Source: Scyliorhinus canicula
Lineage: Eukaryota
Direction of reading: 5' to 3'
Assembly: GCF_902713615.1 (NCBI RefSeq)
Contig: NC_052166.1
Coordinates: 68,596,406 to 68,660,405 of the forward strand
Length of the DNA: 64,000 bases
Shown here piece by piece: positions 24,201 through 60,100 of this stretch. The notes beneath the pieces are model-generated. The model searched no databases. It had not been told where the DNA came from and was given only the letters and a program-made list of their open reading frames with translations. Numbering within the stretch: position 1 is the first letter of the stretch; each line of letters begins with the position of its first letter. A program made the position numbers and the translations under genes.

Positions 24201-27200
24201 CCCAGCTAAGCTCATATCAAAACTCCAAAACCTAGGACTTGGCTCATCCTTCTGCAATTGGATCCTCGACTTCCTGACCCATAAACCACAATCAGTAAGG
24301 ATAAATAACAACACCTCCTCCACGATAGTCCTCAATACCCGGGCCTGCAAGGCTGCGTACTTAGCCCCTTACTATACTCCCGAAACACACGATTGTGTGG
24401 CAAAATCCGGCTGCAACTCCAATCAACAAATTTGCTGAATCCAACACTGTAATGGCTCAAATCTCAAACAACAATGAGTCAGAGTACAGGAGGGAGATGG
24501 AGAACCTAGTGGAGTGGTGTAACGACAATAATCTCTCCCTCAATGTCAGCAAAATTAAAGAGCTGGTCATCGACTTCAGGAAGCAAAGTACTGTACACAC
24601 CTCTGTCTGCGTCAACGGGGCCGAGGTGGAGATGGTTGACAGTTTCAAATTCCTAGGTGTACACATCACCAACAATCTGCCCTGGTCCACCGATGTTGAT
24701 GCTACGACCAAGAAAGCACAACAGGGCCTGTAATTCCTCAGGAAACTAAGGAAATTTGGCATGTCCACGTTGATTCTTAACAATTTTTACAGATGCACTA
24801 TAGAAAGCATCCTATCTGGCTGCGTCACAACCTGGTATTGCAACTGCTCGGCGCAGCACCGTAAGAATCTACAGAGTCGTGAACACAGCCCAGCCCTTGT
24901 CTACACGTCCCACTGCTTTGCGAAAGTGGGCAGAATAATCAAAGAACCCTCCCACCCGGGTTATTCTCTCTTCCATCGGGCAGGAGATACAAAAGTCTGA
25001 GAACACGCATTAACAGATTTAGAAACAGCTGCTAACCCTGTTACCAGACTCCTGAATGACCCTCTTATAGACTGAACTGATCTCTCCACACATCTTCTCT
25101 ACTGAGTAGTACGCCACTCCTGTATGCTTCACCCGATGTCTGTGTATATGTAGTTACAATGTGTATTTATTGTATGTATCTTTTGTTATTTCATGTATGG
25201 AACAATCAGCCTGGACTGTATGCAGAACCATACTTTTCACGGTACCTCGGTACACAGAACAATAAATCCAAATCCAAACACACAGCGTTAAACGATGCTT
25301 ACTTTTTTCCATCAAGGTCTGAAAACCATCCCAAATTGTCTGCTATGATGTGGTGATTGCTGCACCCAGGACACTTTACAATGACCACTCCATTATGATA
25401 GGCAAGTTTTGAGATTTTCTTTGCAGATCTTACTTGGCACACCTGAAAAAAAGACCAAATGTTTGTTTGTACAGTAATGGAATAGAATAGAATAGAATAG
25501 AATAGAATAGAGAAATACAGCACAGAACAGGCACTTCGGCCACGATGTTGTGTCGAACTTTTGTCCTAGGTTAATCATAGAATTTTGGACACTAAGGGCA
25601 ATTTAGCATGGCCAATCCACCCAACCTGCACATCTTTGGACTGTGGGAGGAAACCAGAGCGCCCGGAGGAAACCCACGCAGACACGGGAAGGATATGCAG
25701 ACTCCACACAGACAGTGACCCAAGCCGGGAATCGAACCTGGGACCCTGGAGCTGTGAAGCAATTGTGCTATCCACAATGCTACCGTGCTGCCCTTAAGAA
25801 CAAATTAATCTACACTCCATTATTCTACCATAATCCATGTACCTATCCGAATGGCTATGTGTCAGCTTGCATTGTCTTCCTGCCTGCTTATAGTCAGCCT
25901 TTCTGCATATTTTCTATTTTTATTCTGGTGTCTGGCACCACGCCTACCCCGTCAGCACAGACAAGAAGCTGCAAACAGCTCTACAGCCTCTGACAGTCAC
26001 AACAATGACCATGGGTTTGTTCTTCGACAATGCTGTACTCCCTCAGTACTGACCCTCTGACAGTGCGGCACTCCCTCAGTACTGACCCTCTGACAGTGCA
26101 GCACTCCCTCAGTACTGACCCTCTGACAGTGCGGCACTCCCTCAGTACTGACCCTCTGACAGTGCAGCACTCCCTCAGTACTGACCCTCTGACAGTGCGG
26201 CACTCCCTCATTACCAACCCTCTGACAGTGCGGCGCTCCCTCAGTACTGACCCTCTGACAGTGCGGCACTCCCTCAGTACTGACCCTCTGACAATGCAGC
26301 ACTCCCTCAGTACTGACCCTTTGACAGTGCAGCACTCCCTCAGTACTGACCGTCTGACAGTGCAGCACTCCCTCAGTACTGACCGTCTGACAGTGCGGCA
26401 CTCCCTCAGTACTGACCCTCTGACAGTGCGGAACTCCCTCAGTACTGACCCTCTGACAGTGACGGCACTCCCTCAGTACTGACCCTCTGACAGTGGCGGC
26501 ACTCCCCTCAGTACTGACCCTCTGACAGTGCAGCACTCCCTCAGTACTGACCCTCTGACAGTGCAGCACTCCCTCAGTACTGACCCGCTGACAGTGCGGC
26601 ACTCCTCAGTACTGACCCTCTGACAGTGGCGGCGCTCCCTCAGTACTGACCCTCTGACAGTACAGCAATCCCTCAGTACTGACCCTCTGACAGTGCAGCA
26701 CTCCCTCAGGTACTGACCCTCTGACAGTGCGGCGCTCGCCCTCAGTACTGACCCTCTTGACAGTGCGGCACTCCACTCAGTACTGACCCTCTGACAGTGC
26801 AGCACTCCCTCAGTACTGACCCTCTGACAGTGCGGCATTCCCTCAGTACTGACCCTCTGACAGTGCGGCACATCCCTCAGTACTGACCCTCTGACAGTGG
26901 CGGCACTCCTCAGTACTGTCCCTCTGACAGTGCGGCACTCCCTCAGTACTGACCCTCTGATAGTGGCAGGCACTCGCCTCAGTACTGCCCTCTGACAGTG
27001 CAGCAACTCCCTCAGTACTGACCCTCTGACAGTGCGGCACTCCCTCAGTACTGACCCTCTGACAGTGCGGCAACTGACCCTCAGTACTGACCCTCTGACA
27101 GTGCAGCACTCCCTCAGTACTGACCCTCTGACAGTGCAGCACTCCCTCAGTACTGACCCTCTGACAGTGCGGCACTCCCTCAGTACTGACCCTCTGACAG

Positions 27201-28546
27201 TGCAGCACTCCCTCAGTACTGACCCTCTGACAGTGCGGCACTCCCTCAGTACTGACCCTCCCACAGTGCAGCACTCCCTCAGTACTGACCCTCTGACAGT
27301 GCAGCACTCCCTCAGTACTGACCCTCTGACAGTGCAGCACTCCCTCAGTACTGACCCTCTGACAGTGCGGCGCTCCCTCAGTACTGACCCTCTGACAGTA
27401 CAGCACTCCCTCAGTACTGACCCTCTGACAGTGCAGCACTCCCTCAGTACTGACCCTCTGACAGTGCGGCGCTCCCTCAGTACTGACCCTCTGACAGTGC
27501 GGCACTCCCTCAGTACTGACCCTCTGACAGTGCAGCACTCCCTCAGTACTGACCCTCTGACAGTGCGGCATTCCCTCAGTACTGACCCTCTGACAGTGCG
27601 GCACTCCCTCAGTACTGACCCTCTGACAGTGCGGCACTCCCTCAGTACTGACCCTCTGACAGTGCGGCACTCCCTCAGTACTGACCCTCTGACAGTGCGG
27701 CACTCCCTCAGTACTGACCCTCTGACAGTGCGGCACTCCCTCAGTACTGTCCCTCTGACAGTGCGGCACTCCCTCAGTACTGACCCTCTGATAGTGCAGC
27801 ACTCCCTCAGTACTGACCCTCTGACAGTGCAGCACTCCCTCAGTACTGACCCTCTGACAGTGCGGCACTCCCTCAGTACTGACCCTCTGACAGTGCAGCA
27901 CTCCCTCAGTACTGACCCTCTGACAGTGCGGCACTCCCTCAGTACTGACCCTCTGACAGTGCGGCACTCCCTCAGTACTGACCCTCTGACAGTGCAGCAC
28001 TCCCTCAGTACTGACCCTCTGACAGTGCAGCACTCCCTCAGTACTGACCCTCTGACAGTGCGGCACTCCCTCAGTACTGACCCTCTGACAGTGCGGCACT
28101 CCCTCAGTACTGACCCTCTGACAGTGCAGCACTCCCTCAGTACTGACCCTCTGACAGTGCGGCACTCCCTCAGTACTGACCCTCCCACAGTGCAGCACTC
28201 CCTCAGTACTGACCCTCTGACAGTGCAGCACTCCCTCAGTACTGAGGCTCTGGTTTAATGTTAATGGCTGCTGTGTGAGTGACTGAGTGGATCACTGTGA
28301 AGCGGGAGGGAGCCGGGCCCGGAGCCGGGGCCTCACCTTACAGGTGTACACCAGCCGGTAGTGGGTGTCGGCGGCGTGCGGCAGGCGGGTCGCGGTCCTC
28401 AGCCCCGTGGCCGTGAGCAGGGAGCCGCCGCCTGGAGCCAGCAATCTGCGGCTGGCGAGCAGCCCCCGGCTCCGGGCCGCCCCCAGGAGGCGGGGCAGGG
28501 GAGCCGCGGCTCTCCCCCAGCGGCAGAACGCGAGGCCCAGGCTCAT
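21229..28546 (-). CDS. DNLZ: DNL-type zinc finger protein (mitochondrial Hsp70 escort, Hep1/Tim15/Zim17 orthologue), 172 aa; exons 28546-28337, 25442-25303, 21397-21229
   Basis: Arg/Ala/Leu-rich presequence, then HYRLVYTCK|[46 protein letters not shown]|[14 protein letters not shown] (zf-DNL: two CxxC plus ADNLGWF); GT-AG sites; 210+140+169=519 bp in frame to TAA. Confidence 0.96.
21835..22041. mobile_element. Penelope-like fold-back insertion (about 76-bp inverted arms) with 11-bp TSD and minimal hammerhead motif
   Basis: Arms 21875-21950 and 21966-22041; TAATGAATGTA at 21824-21834 and 22042-22052; minus strand 21960-21926 reads CAC-CTGAGGA-A-GGAGC-tgc-GCTCC-GAAA-GCTC-GTG. Confidence 0.8.
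23175..23369 (-). other. Diverged duplicate of the DNLZ stop codon/proximal 3' UTR (paralogous to 21081-21253) inside DNLZ intron 2
   Basis: Collinear shared blocks cctgtgggctgtgtg, gatagaaatcaact, gaagaaaaatg, catggtc, tcattacttaga, ggattagga, gatctttggag. Confidence 0.85.
23930..25270 (+). mobile_element. Rex1/Babar-like LINE, decayed RT to 3' end
   Basis: [62 protein letters not shown]. Confidence 0.85.
25480..25793 (-). mobile_element. HE1-related V-SINE with (CTATT)n tail just upstream of the DNLZ exon 2 acceptor
   Basis: SINE head and V-domain; (aatag)n at ~25480-25510. Confidence 0.8.
26026..28245. repeat. 33-bp minisatellite, about 67 units, in DNLZ intron 1
   Basis: Direct tandem repeat; source of the 571/462/408-aa pseudo-ORFs; cluster of 1-bp indels at ~26460-27080. 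Confidence 0.97.
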
Positions 28547-28690
28547 GGCTGTCAGCTAGGCCGCGGCGCGGGCCCCATGGCAACGGCAGCTTTCCCGCCA
28601 GGCCCGCACTTCCGGGCTCGCGGCGTCAGCGCGTCACTTCCGTCCTGCCCCTCGGCTAGTAGGAGGGGTTTGGGCCGAATGGCCGCTTCC
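28547..28690 (-). promoter_or_regulatory. DNLZ: DNLZ CpG-island promoter/5' UTR
   Basis: CpG-rich; ETS motifs cacttccgg (28607-28615) and gtcacttccg (~28633); RFX-like ccatggcaac (28575-28584). Confidence 0.7.
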
Positions 28691-29265
28691 TGTGCTGTCA
28701 GACTGATTGAAACATGTGGAAATTGAAACGTTTAATTGAGAAGAAAATGTTTGAGGCTCTTTGTTTTTAGAGCATCAAATACAGAACAAAGGGGAGACAT
28801 GCTGTGCGGATTAGCTAGGGTTACAGGGTTTGGGTTACGGAGCCTCGACAGTGGGCTCTCTCAGGGGGTTGGTGCAAACCTAATGGGCCGAAGGGTCTCC
28901 TTCTGCACTGTGGCATTGTATGAGTGCAGGAAGCAGCAAAAGCACGAATGCTACTTGCCACTGATCAGCCCAAGCCTTGATTGATTGCCACATGTACTGA
29001 AATGTATTTTACTGTGGCCAAGGGAACGGACGCAGTCCGTACATAGACAAAAGAATAATCGCCAGAGTACATCGACAAACAGTACTTCAACAAACAATGA
29101 TTGGTTACAGTGCGGAACAAGGGCCAAACAAAGGTAATACATGAGGAAGAGCAGAAAAATGCATGGGTCTTGCTGCATTTGGACATGCACTGCTTCAGTA
29201 TCCAACGGCTTGTGAACAGTGCTGAACATCATGCAGTCATCAGCGAATATTCCACTCCTTAGGAA

Positions 29266-29397
29266 CAATAAGAAGTCTCACAACACCAGGTTCAAGTTCA
29301 ACTTGTGATTTCAAATAATGTTGGGCTTGAACCTGGCGTTGTGAGACTTCTTACTGTGCCCACGCCAGTCCAGCGCCGGCATCTCCACATCATGGCC
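29266..29397. mobile_element. Second Penelope-like fold-back insertion with 9-bp TSD
   Basis: Same family as 21835-22041; arms aagaagtctcacaacaccaggttcaag / cttgaacctggcgttgtgagacttctt; CCTTAGGAA at 29257-29265 and 29398-29406. Confidence 0.75.
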
Positions 29398-29605
29398 CCT
29401 TAGGAAGGTCCTTGTTGGAACAGCTGAAGATCGTTGGGCAGAGGACTGTACCATAGAATCTCTATAGTGTAGAAGGAGGTCAATTGGCGCATCGAGTCAG
29501 CACTGACCCTCTGAAAGAGCACCCTACCTAGGTGCACTCCCTGGCATATCTCTGTAACCCCCCCACCCCACATTGATCCTCTACATTAACCCCCTACCCC
29601 ACATA

Positions 29606-29961
29606 GGGCAGCGCGGTAGCATGGTGGTTAGCATAAATGCTTCACAGCTCCAGGGTCCCAGGTTCGATTCCCGGCTGGGTCACTGTCTGTGTGGAGTCTG
29701 CACGTCCTCCCCGTGTGTGCGTGGGTTTCCTCCGGGTGCTCCGGTTTCCTCCCACAGTCCAAAGATGTGCGGGTTAGGTGGATTGGCCATGCTAAATTGC
29801 CCGTAGTGTCCTAAAATGTAAGGTTAAGGGGGGGGGGGGGGGGTTGTTGGGTTACGGGTATAGGGTGGATACGTGGGTTTGAGTAGGGTGATCATGGCTC
29901 GGCACAACATCGAGGGCCGAAGGGCCTGTTCTGTGCTGTACTGTTCTATCTATATGTTCTA
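29606..29961 (+). mobile_element. HE1-type V-SINE between the DNLZ and RPL7A promoters
   Basis: Near-identical to 6704-7049. Confidence 0.9.
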
Positions 29962-30289
29962 TGATCATGGCCAATCCACCAAAGCTGTACATTGTTGGAC
30001 TATCTGGGAGGAAAGTGGAGCACCCGGAGGAAACCCACGTGAACACTGGGAGAAAGTGCAAACTCCACCCAGACAGTCATGCAAGGCTGGAATTGACCCC
30101 GGGTCCCTGCTGCTGTGAAGCTGCAGTGCTGACCACATTGCCACTCTTGTTCCCCCCCCCCCCCCCATTGGACTTTTACACTCTTGATGAATAGCAAACA
30201 GCAGAGGAGGAAACCTAAATACATGATGTGATTGTCAAATTTAGATGTTGAAACATGACATGTACAAGACTAGCAGCAGAGAACCAGGC

Positions 30290-30545
30290 CAGATCCTCCC
30301 CAGGCCAAACCCTTGCCATGCCGGAACCCTCCCCAGGACAGACCTCTCCCCAGGACAGGGCCCTCCCCAGGACCGAGCCCTCCCAAGGACAGGGCCGTCC
30401 CCAGGTCCAGAACCCTCCCCAGGCCTGAGATCCCTTCCTAGATTAGAACCCTCCCCAGGTTAGAGCACTCCCCAGGCCAGACCATCACCAGGTGAGAGCC
30501 CTCCTCAGGCCAGACCCTTCCCAGGTGAGAGCCCTCCTCAGGCTC
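30290..30545. repeat. Degenerate ~17-18-bp C-rich tandem repeat (ccctccccagg..) upstream of the RPL7A promoter
   Basis: Recurrent ccctccccagg core. Confidence 0.75.
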
Positions 30546-30704
30546 CTGCGAGCCTGCTCCCAGACCCATTCCCCAGTGTATGTTTTATTTCAGTGCCAGT
30601 TGCCAATGAAGCATGAGCAATGCCCAGAAGGGGGTTGCTAATGTGTTGCAGTGTGGAGCAGGATGGAGTTGGCAGAGGGCTAAGGGGGGCCTGTCCCTTT
30701 AACT

Positions 30705-30781
30705 GGAGGTCTCGCGATGCCGGGGTGACGTCAGCGGGGTATATAAGGCCGTCCCAGCAGCCACCGCGCTCTCTCTCCGCC
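30705..30781 (+). promoter_or_regulatory. RPL7A: RPL7A core promoter: TCTCGCGA motif, CRE palindrome TGACGTCA, TATA box, 5'-TOP/TCT initiator
   Basis: tctcgcga ~30710; tgacgtca 30726-30733; tatataa 30740-30746; ctctctctcc 30769-30778, about 30 bp after the TATA, then gccATG. Confidence 0.85.
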
Positions 30782-36536
<5,755 letters not shown>

Positions 36537-36725
36537 CGTCTTTCCCATCTGCTTGTTGTATATAAAAAAATAAGTAAAACTAATTGTATTTAAAACAAAA
36601 TACTGCCTCATTATTGAAGTTGAGATGCCAAGGTTAAACAGCTCAGCCAATGTAAAACTGAGTAGTGAAATATGCAACTTGCTCCCACAGTTGTTGATGA
36701 ATAGTGCAGATGTTTATATACAATG

Positions 36726-36898
36726 AGGGCAGCATGGTGGCGCAGTGCTGCCTCATGGCGCCACGGTCCCAGGTTCGATTCTGGGTCACTGGGTTTTGCC
36801 CCCACAACCCAAAGATTTGCAGGCTAGGTGGATTGGCCAGGCTAAATTGCCCCTTAATTGGAAAAAATGAATTGGGTAGTCTAAATTTATTTTAAAAA
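36726..36898 (+). mobile_element. Internally deleted V-SINE between the convergent 3' ends of RPL7A and SURF1
   Basis: gggcagcatggtggcgcagtg head and aattgggtagtctaaa tail. Confidence 0.8.
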
Positions 36899-36937
36899 GT
36901 TTATAAACAGTAGGAGGAAACTTGTTTGGAACATCAC

Positions 36938-36943
36938 TTTATT
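36938..36943 (-). terminator. SURF1: Probable SURF1 polyadenylation signal AATAAA
   Basis: tttatt on the plus strand about 90 nt past the SURF1 stop. Confidence 0.65.
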
Positions 36944-37032
36944 GATAAGAATTTACAGCATCATTAACATTTTCCACAAATGGATAGAAAAATATTCAAG
37001 GCAAAGTAAATGGAGGAATCACTGACTGGTCA

Positions 37033-54835
<17,803 letters not shown>

Positions 54836-54884
54836 TTCCGGGTCACTACTTCTGGATGCCTTTTCGCCCACGACCCGGATTGAA

Positions 54885-55105
54885 AATGGACCCTGGTTTC
54901 CAGGGGTTGGTCCCTCGTCTCCACGGGGTGGGGTCTGGTCTCCAGAGGGTGGGGGTCTGGTTTCCAGGGGGCGTGGTCTGGTTTCCAAGGGGTGGAGTCT
55001 GGAGTCCAGGGGGCATGCTTTGGTCTCCAGGGGGTGGGGGTCTGGTTTCCAAGGGGTGGGGTCTGGACTCCAGGGGGTGGGGTCTGTCTCCAGGGGGTGG
55101 GTTTC
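54885..55105. repeat. ~22-bp G-rich repeat (ggggtctggtttccagg) immediately upstream of SURF1
   Basis: Degenerate tandem units. Confidence 0.8.
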
Positions 55106-56143
55106 TTTTTGGTCTTGCTCAGCAGACACTCTGATCAGATTGCCCCCTCAGGATGTGTTTGTGTTAATCATGGGGATGGACAGGGCTGGGCGGCACAGTG
55201 GTTAGCACTGCTGCCTCACAGCACCTAGAACAAGGGTTTAATTCTGGCCTCGAGTGTCTGTCTGTACGTTCACCCTGTCTCTGCATGGATTTCCTCCGGG
55301 TGCTCCGGTTTCCACCCTCAGTCAAAAGATATGCGGATTAGGTGGATTGGTTGTGCTAAATTGTCCCGTAGTGTCATAGAATTTACAGTGCAGGAGGCCA
55401 TTCAGCCCATCGAGTCTGCACTAGTCCTTGGAAAGAGCACCCTACCCAAGCCCACACCTCCACCCTATCCCTGTAACCCAGTAACCCCACCGAACCTTTT
55501 GAACACTAAGGGCAATTTAGCACGTCTTTGTCAAAAAAGTTAGGTGGGTTATGGGGATAGGGTGGGGCTGTGGGCTTAAGTAGGGTGCTCTTTCAAAGGG
55601 TTGGTGCAGACCCAGTGGGCCGAATGGCCTCCTGCGCTGTAGTGGTCCTCTGAATTAGTCTAACAACAATGCAGTTTCCTACCAGGCAAAATCCCAACCA
55701 AATCATGCCAAATCTCTACCCTCCTAGAGCTCAAACTCCACCCCCTAGAGACCATTAGATATGATTTCCCAATTGGGCTGCTCTTGCTGAACAACCCTGA
55801 GAACAAATTTGCAATCATTAGTTGAGCTCCTAACTTGGCATCGTTATGCCTGTGAGAAGCGACATTTCATTCGCATGCAGGGCCTCGTTCCTTACAAACA
55901 AAAGGAATGCAAACAAACCGTGTGATTTTCTTGAATTAGCTGTAGCTTCAGGAGCCTCTAGTTCCCTGTTGCTTTCTCCATGACAATGCCTTGGCGCAAC
56001 AGAGATGACTTCCCAGCAAACACCACTTTATTTCCTGTTGTATAAATTGTTGCGATCTTTTGAAATTTGCCATTCTTGTATTTGTCCTGATGTGTGCAAG
56101 ATGAAAAACTTCAGCAACATATCCGTCTTTTGAGTAATATTCA

Positions 56144-56424
56144 TGATGTGACCATCAATTCACTCAAGACACGATTGGAAATAAACTGGTTTTAATAGAC
56201 TTACAACTGAGCCTGCCTGCGACCAGAAGAACTGAGGGCAGGCTCACAAGGCTGGAGCACTTTATACTTCCGGTAGTGGGAGGGGCCATGGGCGGAGCCG
56301 AGGGTGGAGCCCTGTACAAGCTCCTCATCTCCCCCTGTGGGCAGAGCCGCGCAACGGCTCACAGACAGAGCCCACAAGGACACAATACTATACAGTGTGA
56401 ATTACATGAAGTATATTCACCACA
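56144..56424 (-). mobile_element. Solo LTR copy 3 with perfect 5-bp TSD ATTCA
   Basis: ATTCA at 56139-56143 and 56425-56429; TG..CA termini. Confidence 0.9.
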
Positions 56425-56436
56425 ATTCAAAAAAGC

Positions 56437-57000
56437 CTTATCGTTCAAACTTTTTATCCCGGGACACATTTTGGCTAACCGACCAACCTTTGGGACCCAC
56501 GCCGGCTGAGCTTCCCCACTGACACCCATGGACCTTTTCGACCCACACCAGCGGATCTTCCCGACCCACAACCGCGGACCTTCCTGATCCACACCAGTGG
56601 ACCTTCATGACACACGCCACGATAGCTTACCTTTAATGTGAAAGGGGAGCCTGCTTGGTCCTCACAATCTCACTCCAATCAGGTTCACAGGAGGAGAGGG
56701 CAATGTGCATATCAGGTGCAGACTACTGCCGGTTCCTTTGTGCCTTCTTCATCTTTGTGAAAGCGGAAAATCCAACCCTGCACATGTAGGTTGTCGTGAA
56801 GGGCAACAGCAACAAAATACTTGTTTTACTCAGCACTAGATGCACCTCGGAGATACTACCCCAGAATGCCGATAAGATACATGGGCTTTTGGCATATTTA
56901 AAATGTGGTATTACAGGTCAGCTGCAGCAGCGGGACCATCACAGGAAGGCTGCGACCAATCGCTTCCCAAAACCCGCCCGCAACCCACTCGCGGATCATG
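56437..57000 (-). mobile_element. hAT (Charlie/Buster-type) DNA transposon remnant: transposase C-terminus and 3' end
   Basis: Minus strand ~56845-56634 reads [60 protein letters not shown], the hAT dimerisation-domain pattern with an internal stop. Confidence 0.8.
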
Positions 57001-57189
57001 AATCGCACTTTGAAAAAGTCGAAGTACACTTTTAACTACTGCTGCTAATTACTATAAAAAGTCCTCTGGCATTGTCAATCAACTATCACAAGTTTCTCAT
57101 TCCTCCAGATTTTGATTGTTGTGACTAAAAAGAATAATTATCACAGGAAGTTTAAAGTGCAGAAGGACAGTCTCCATGAGCTTCTTACC

Positions 57190-60100
57190 TTGGACTTCAC
57201 TAATAGGCCCATTGAGTCTGCACTGGCTCACTGAAAGAACATTCTACCTAGTCCCACTCCCCTGCCTTATCCCTGTAACCTCGCACATTGTCTTTTCAGA
57301 TAGAAAAACCTCGATCAAACCTGCCTCCACCCCCTCACAGGAAGTTCATTCCAGAGTCCAACCACCCTCTTGGCAAAATAAAACTCACATCACTTCTACT
57401 GATTTAGCCCATTATTTTGAATCTGTGCCCTCAAGTTCTTGATGCTCTCTTGAGAGGGAACAGTTTACCCTGTCCACGCCCCTCAGGATTTTCAGTACCT
57501 CTGTCAAGCCTCCTCTTAACCTTCCTTTTCCCGAGGAAAGCAGAACCAATGTCTCCAATCTATCCTCATAGCTACAGTTGCTTATCCCTAGATCCATCCT
57601 TGTGAATCTCCTCTGTACTCTCTGCAATACCTTCACATCCTTCCTCAAATATGGTGTCCAGAACTGGACACAGTCTCCAGATGAGACCTAACTAGTGTTC
57701 TACAAATTGAAAACTGCTTATTGTCACAAGTAGGCTTCAAATGAAGTTACTGTGAAAAGCCCCTAGTTGCCACATTCCGGCACCTGTTCGGAGAGTCCGG
57801 TACGGGAATTGAACTGTGCTGCTGGCCAGCCGTGGTCTGCTTTCAAAGCCAGCGATTTAGCCGTGTGCTAAACCAGCCCCGAGTTCAACATGTGCTCCTT
57901 ACTTTTGACTTTATTAATAGGGCATGGAACACAAGTTACTGTAAGTTTTATTAACCAATAGACCCTGCCGTGTTCAATGGGTTACTCACACATCCACCTC
58001 ACGTTTCTCTGCATTGAACTTCATCTGCCACTTGTCTGCCCAATCCACCACGTCTACGTCCTTTCGAAGCTCAAGGCTATCCTCATCACTGATGTTTCCA
58101 ATCTTTGTATCATCTGCAAAGTTTGAAATAATGCTGCCACACTCCAGGTCATTAACATCGATATCAGGAAGAGCAAGGGTCTCAACACTGACCCCCCACG
58201 GGGGAGCTGCATTACAAACCTTCCTCCAATCTGAAAAATAACCATTGTTTCCCGTCACTCAACTATTTCTTATTCAAGTTATTCCGATCCCAGACCAGAC
58301 CCCAACAGTGGCTGGGATCCTGGTCCGAAACCCCAATATTTTAGTTGATGTGTAAGACTGTGCTGAAAGAATGATTCACTCCAGGAGTGATTTCACTAAA
58401 AAATGGGTATTTAAAAAAAAACTTTATTATGAATACAATATCAAACTTTTTAACATCACCCAAACAAAAGCTTACAATTACCGCATTAAACACTACAACT
58501 CAATTTCCCATTAAACAACAGGAAAAGAAGCATACAATTCTGAATCCAGCTTACCATTGAAGTCAAACTGACTGGTCTGTAGCTGCCGGCATTATCCTTG
58601 CAGCCCTTTCCGATCGAGGGTGTAACATTCACAATTCTCCAGTCCGCTGGCACCGCATGTCTAAGGAAGACTGGAAGATTATCACAGTCCCTCTGCAATT
58701 TCCGCTCTCACCTCCCTCAGATGCATCTCATCTGATCCTGTTGGCTTAGCTATTTTAAGTAAAGAAAGTCTTAAAGAAAGAAAGCCGCTACAGAACTTGA
58801 AGGTTTTACCAACCACAAGGAGTGAGGTGGAGAACTTAAAAAGAACATCGTCAGGCTGGTGGAATGGGCTCTCTCCATCCTTTTCCTTCTCTGTGTGGAC
58901 CTGATTTGACGCTGAACTGCTCAATTCCAATTTACACTTAGAATGGTTAAGGCACAGGAGGCCATTCAGCCCATCTTGTCTGTGCTGGCCCTGTGAAGGA
59001 GTAATTGACTAAGTGCCATTCCTTTGTAGACCTGAAGTTTTTCCTTTTGAAAGCCTGAGTTGAATGTGCCTCCACCACACACTCAGGCAGTGCATCTGAA
59101 TCCTGACCACTCGCCGTGTGAAAGGGTTTCTCCTCTTGTCACCATTTCTTCTTTTGTCAATTACCGTAAATCTGCGTCCTCTGGCTCTCAATACTTCCAC
59201 CAATCGCAACAGTTTCTCCTTACCTACTCTGTCCTATCCTTCATTATTTTTAATATTGCTCTCAAACCTCCGCTCAACATTCTCTTTCCCAAGGAAAATA
59301 GTCACTACTTCTCCAATCTATCCATGCAGCTGAAGTTCCTCTTCCCTGGAACCATTCTTGTGAATCTTCTCTGTACTCTCTCCAATGTTTTCACATTATT
59401 ACTAAAGTGTGGTGCCCAGAGCTGAGACAGAACCAGTGTTTTGTACAGGTTTAACATCACTCCCTTGCTAATTTTGTACTTGGTGGCCCTATTGTTAATG
59501 CCCAGAATGCTTTCACCTTTACTAAACCATGTGTCCTGCCACCTTCAAAGATTTATGCACATATACACTCAAGTTGCTCTGCTCCTACACCCCTTTTAGA
59601 ATTGTATCTCCATGTTCTTCCCACCAAAATTAATCACTTCAATGCAATAAATTTCACCTGCCATCTGCCTGCCCATTCCACCAGCCTGCCCATTCCACCA
59701 GCCTGCCCGTCCCACCAGCCTGCCCGTCCCACCAGCCTGCCCGTCCCACCAGCCTGCCCATTCCACCAGCCTGCCCATTCTACCAGCCTGCCCATTCCAC
59801 CAGCCTGCCCATTCCACCAGCCTGCCCATCCTACCAGCCTGCCCGTCCCACCAGCCTGCCCGTTCCACCAGCCTGCCCGTTCCACCAGCCTGCCCGTCCC
59901 ACCAGCCTGCCCGTCCCACCAGCCTGCCCATTCCACCAGCCTGCCCATTCTACCAGCCTGCCCATTCTACCAGCCTGCCCATTCCACCAGCCTGCCCATT
60001 CCACCAGCCTGCCCATCCTACCAGCCTGCCCGTCCCACCAGCCTGCCCATTCCACCAGCCTGCCCGTTCCACCAGCCTGCCCGTCCCACCAGCCTGCCCA

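Noticed and set aside
26026-28245. Long ORFs (571, 462, 408 aa) and a superficially CRISPR-like array of palindromic 33-bp repeats
   Set aside because: Units are head-to-tail with no unique spacers, there are no cas genes, and the DNA is vertebrate intron; the ORFs are open only because 33 is a multiple of 3 and the unit lacks stops in those frames.
56620-57000. Promoter-like motifs (CCAAT, GC box, Staf-like) and a minus-strand donor suggesting an upstream SURF1 exon
   Set aside because: Lie within or beside a hAT transposase remnant with an internal stop; no independent support.
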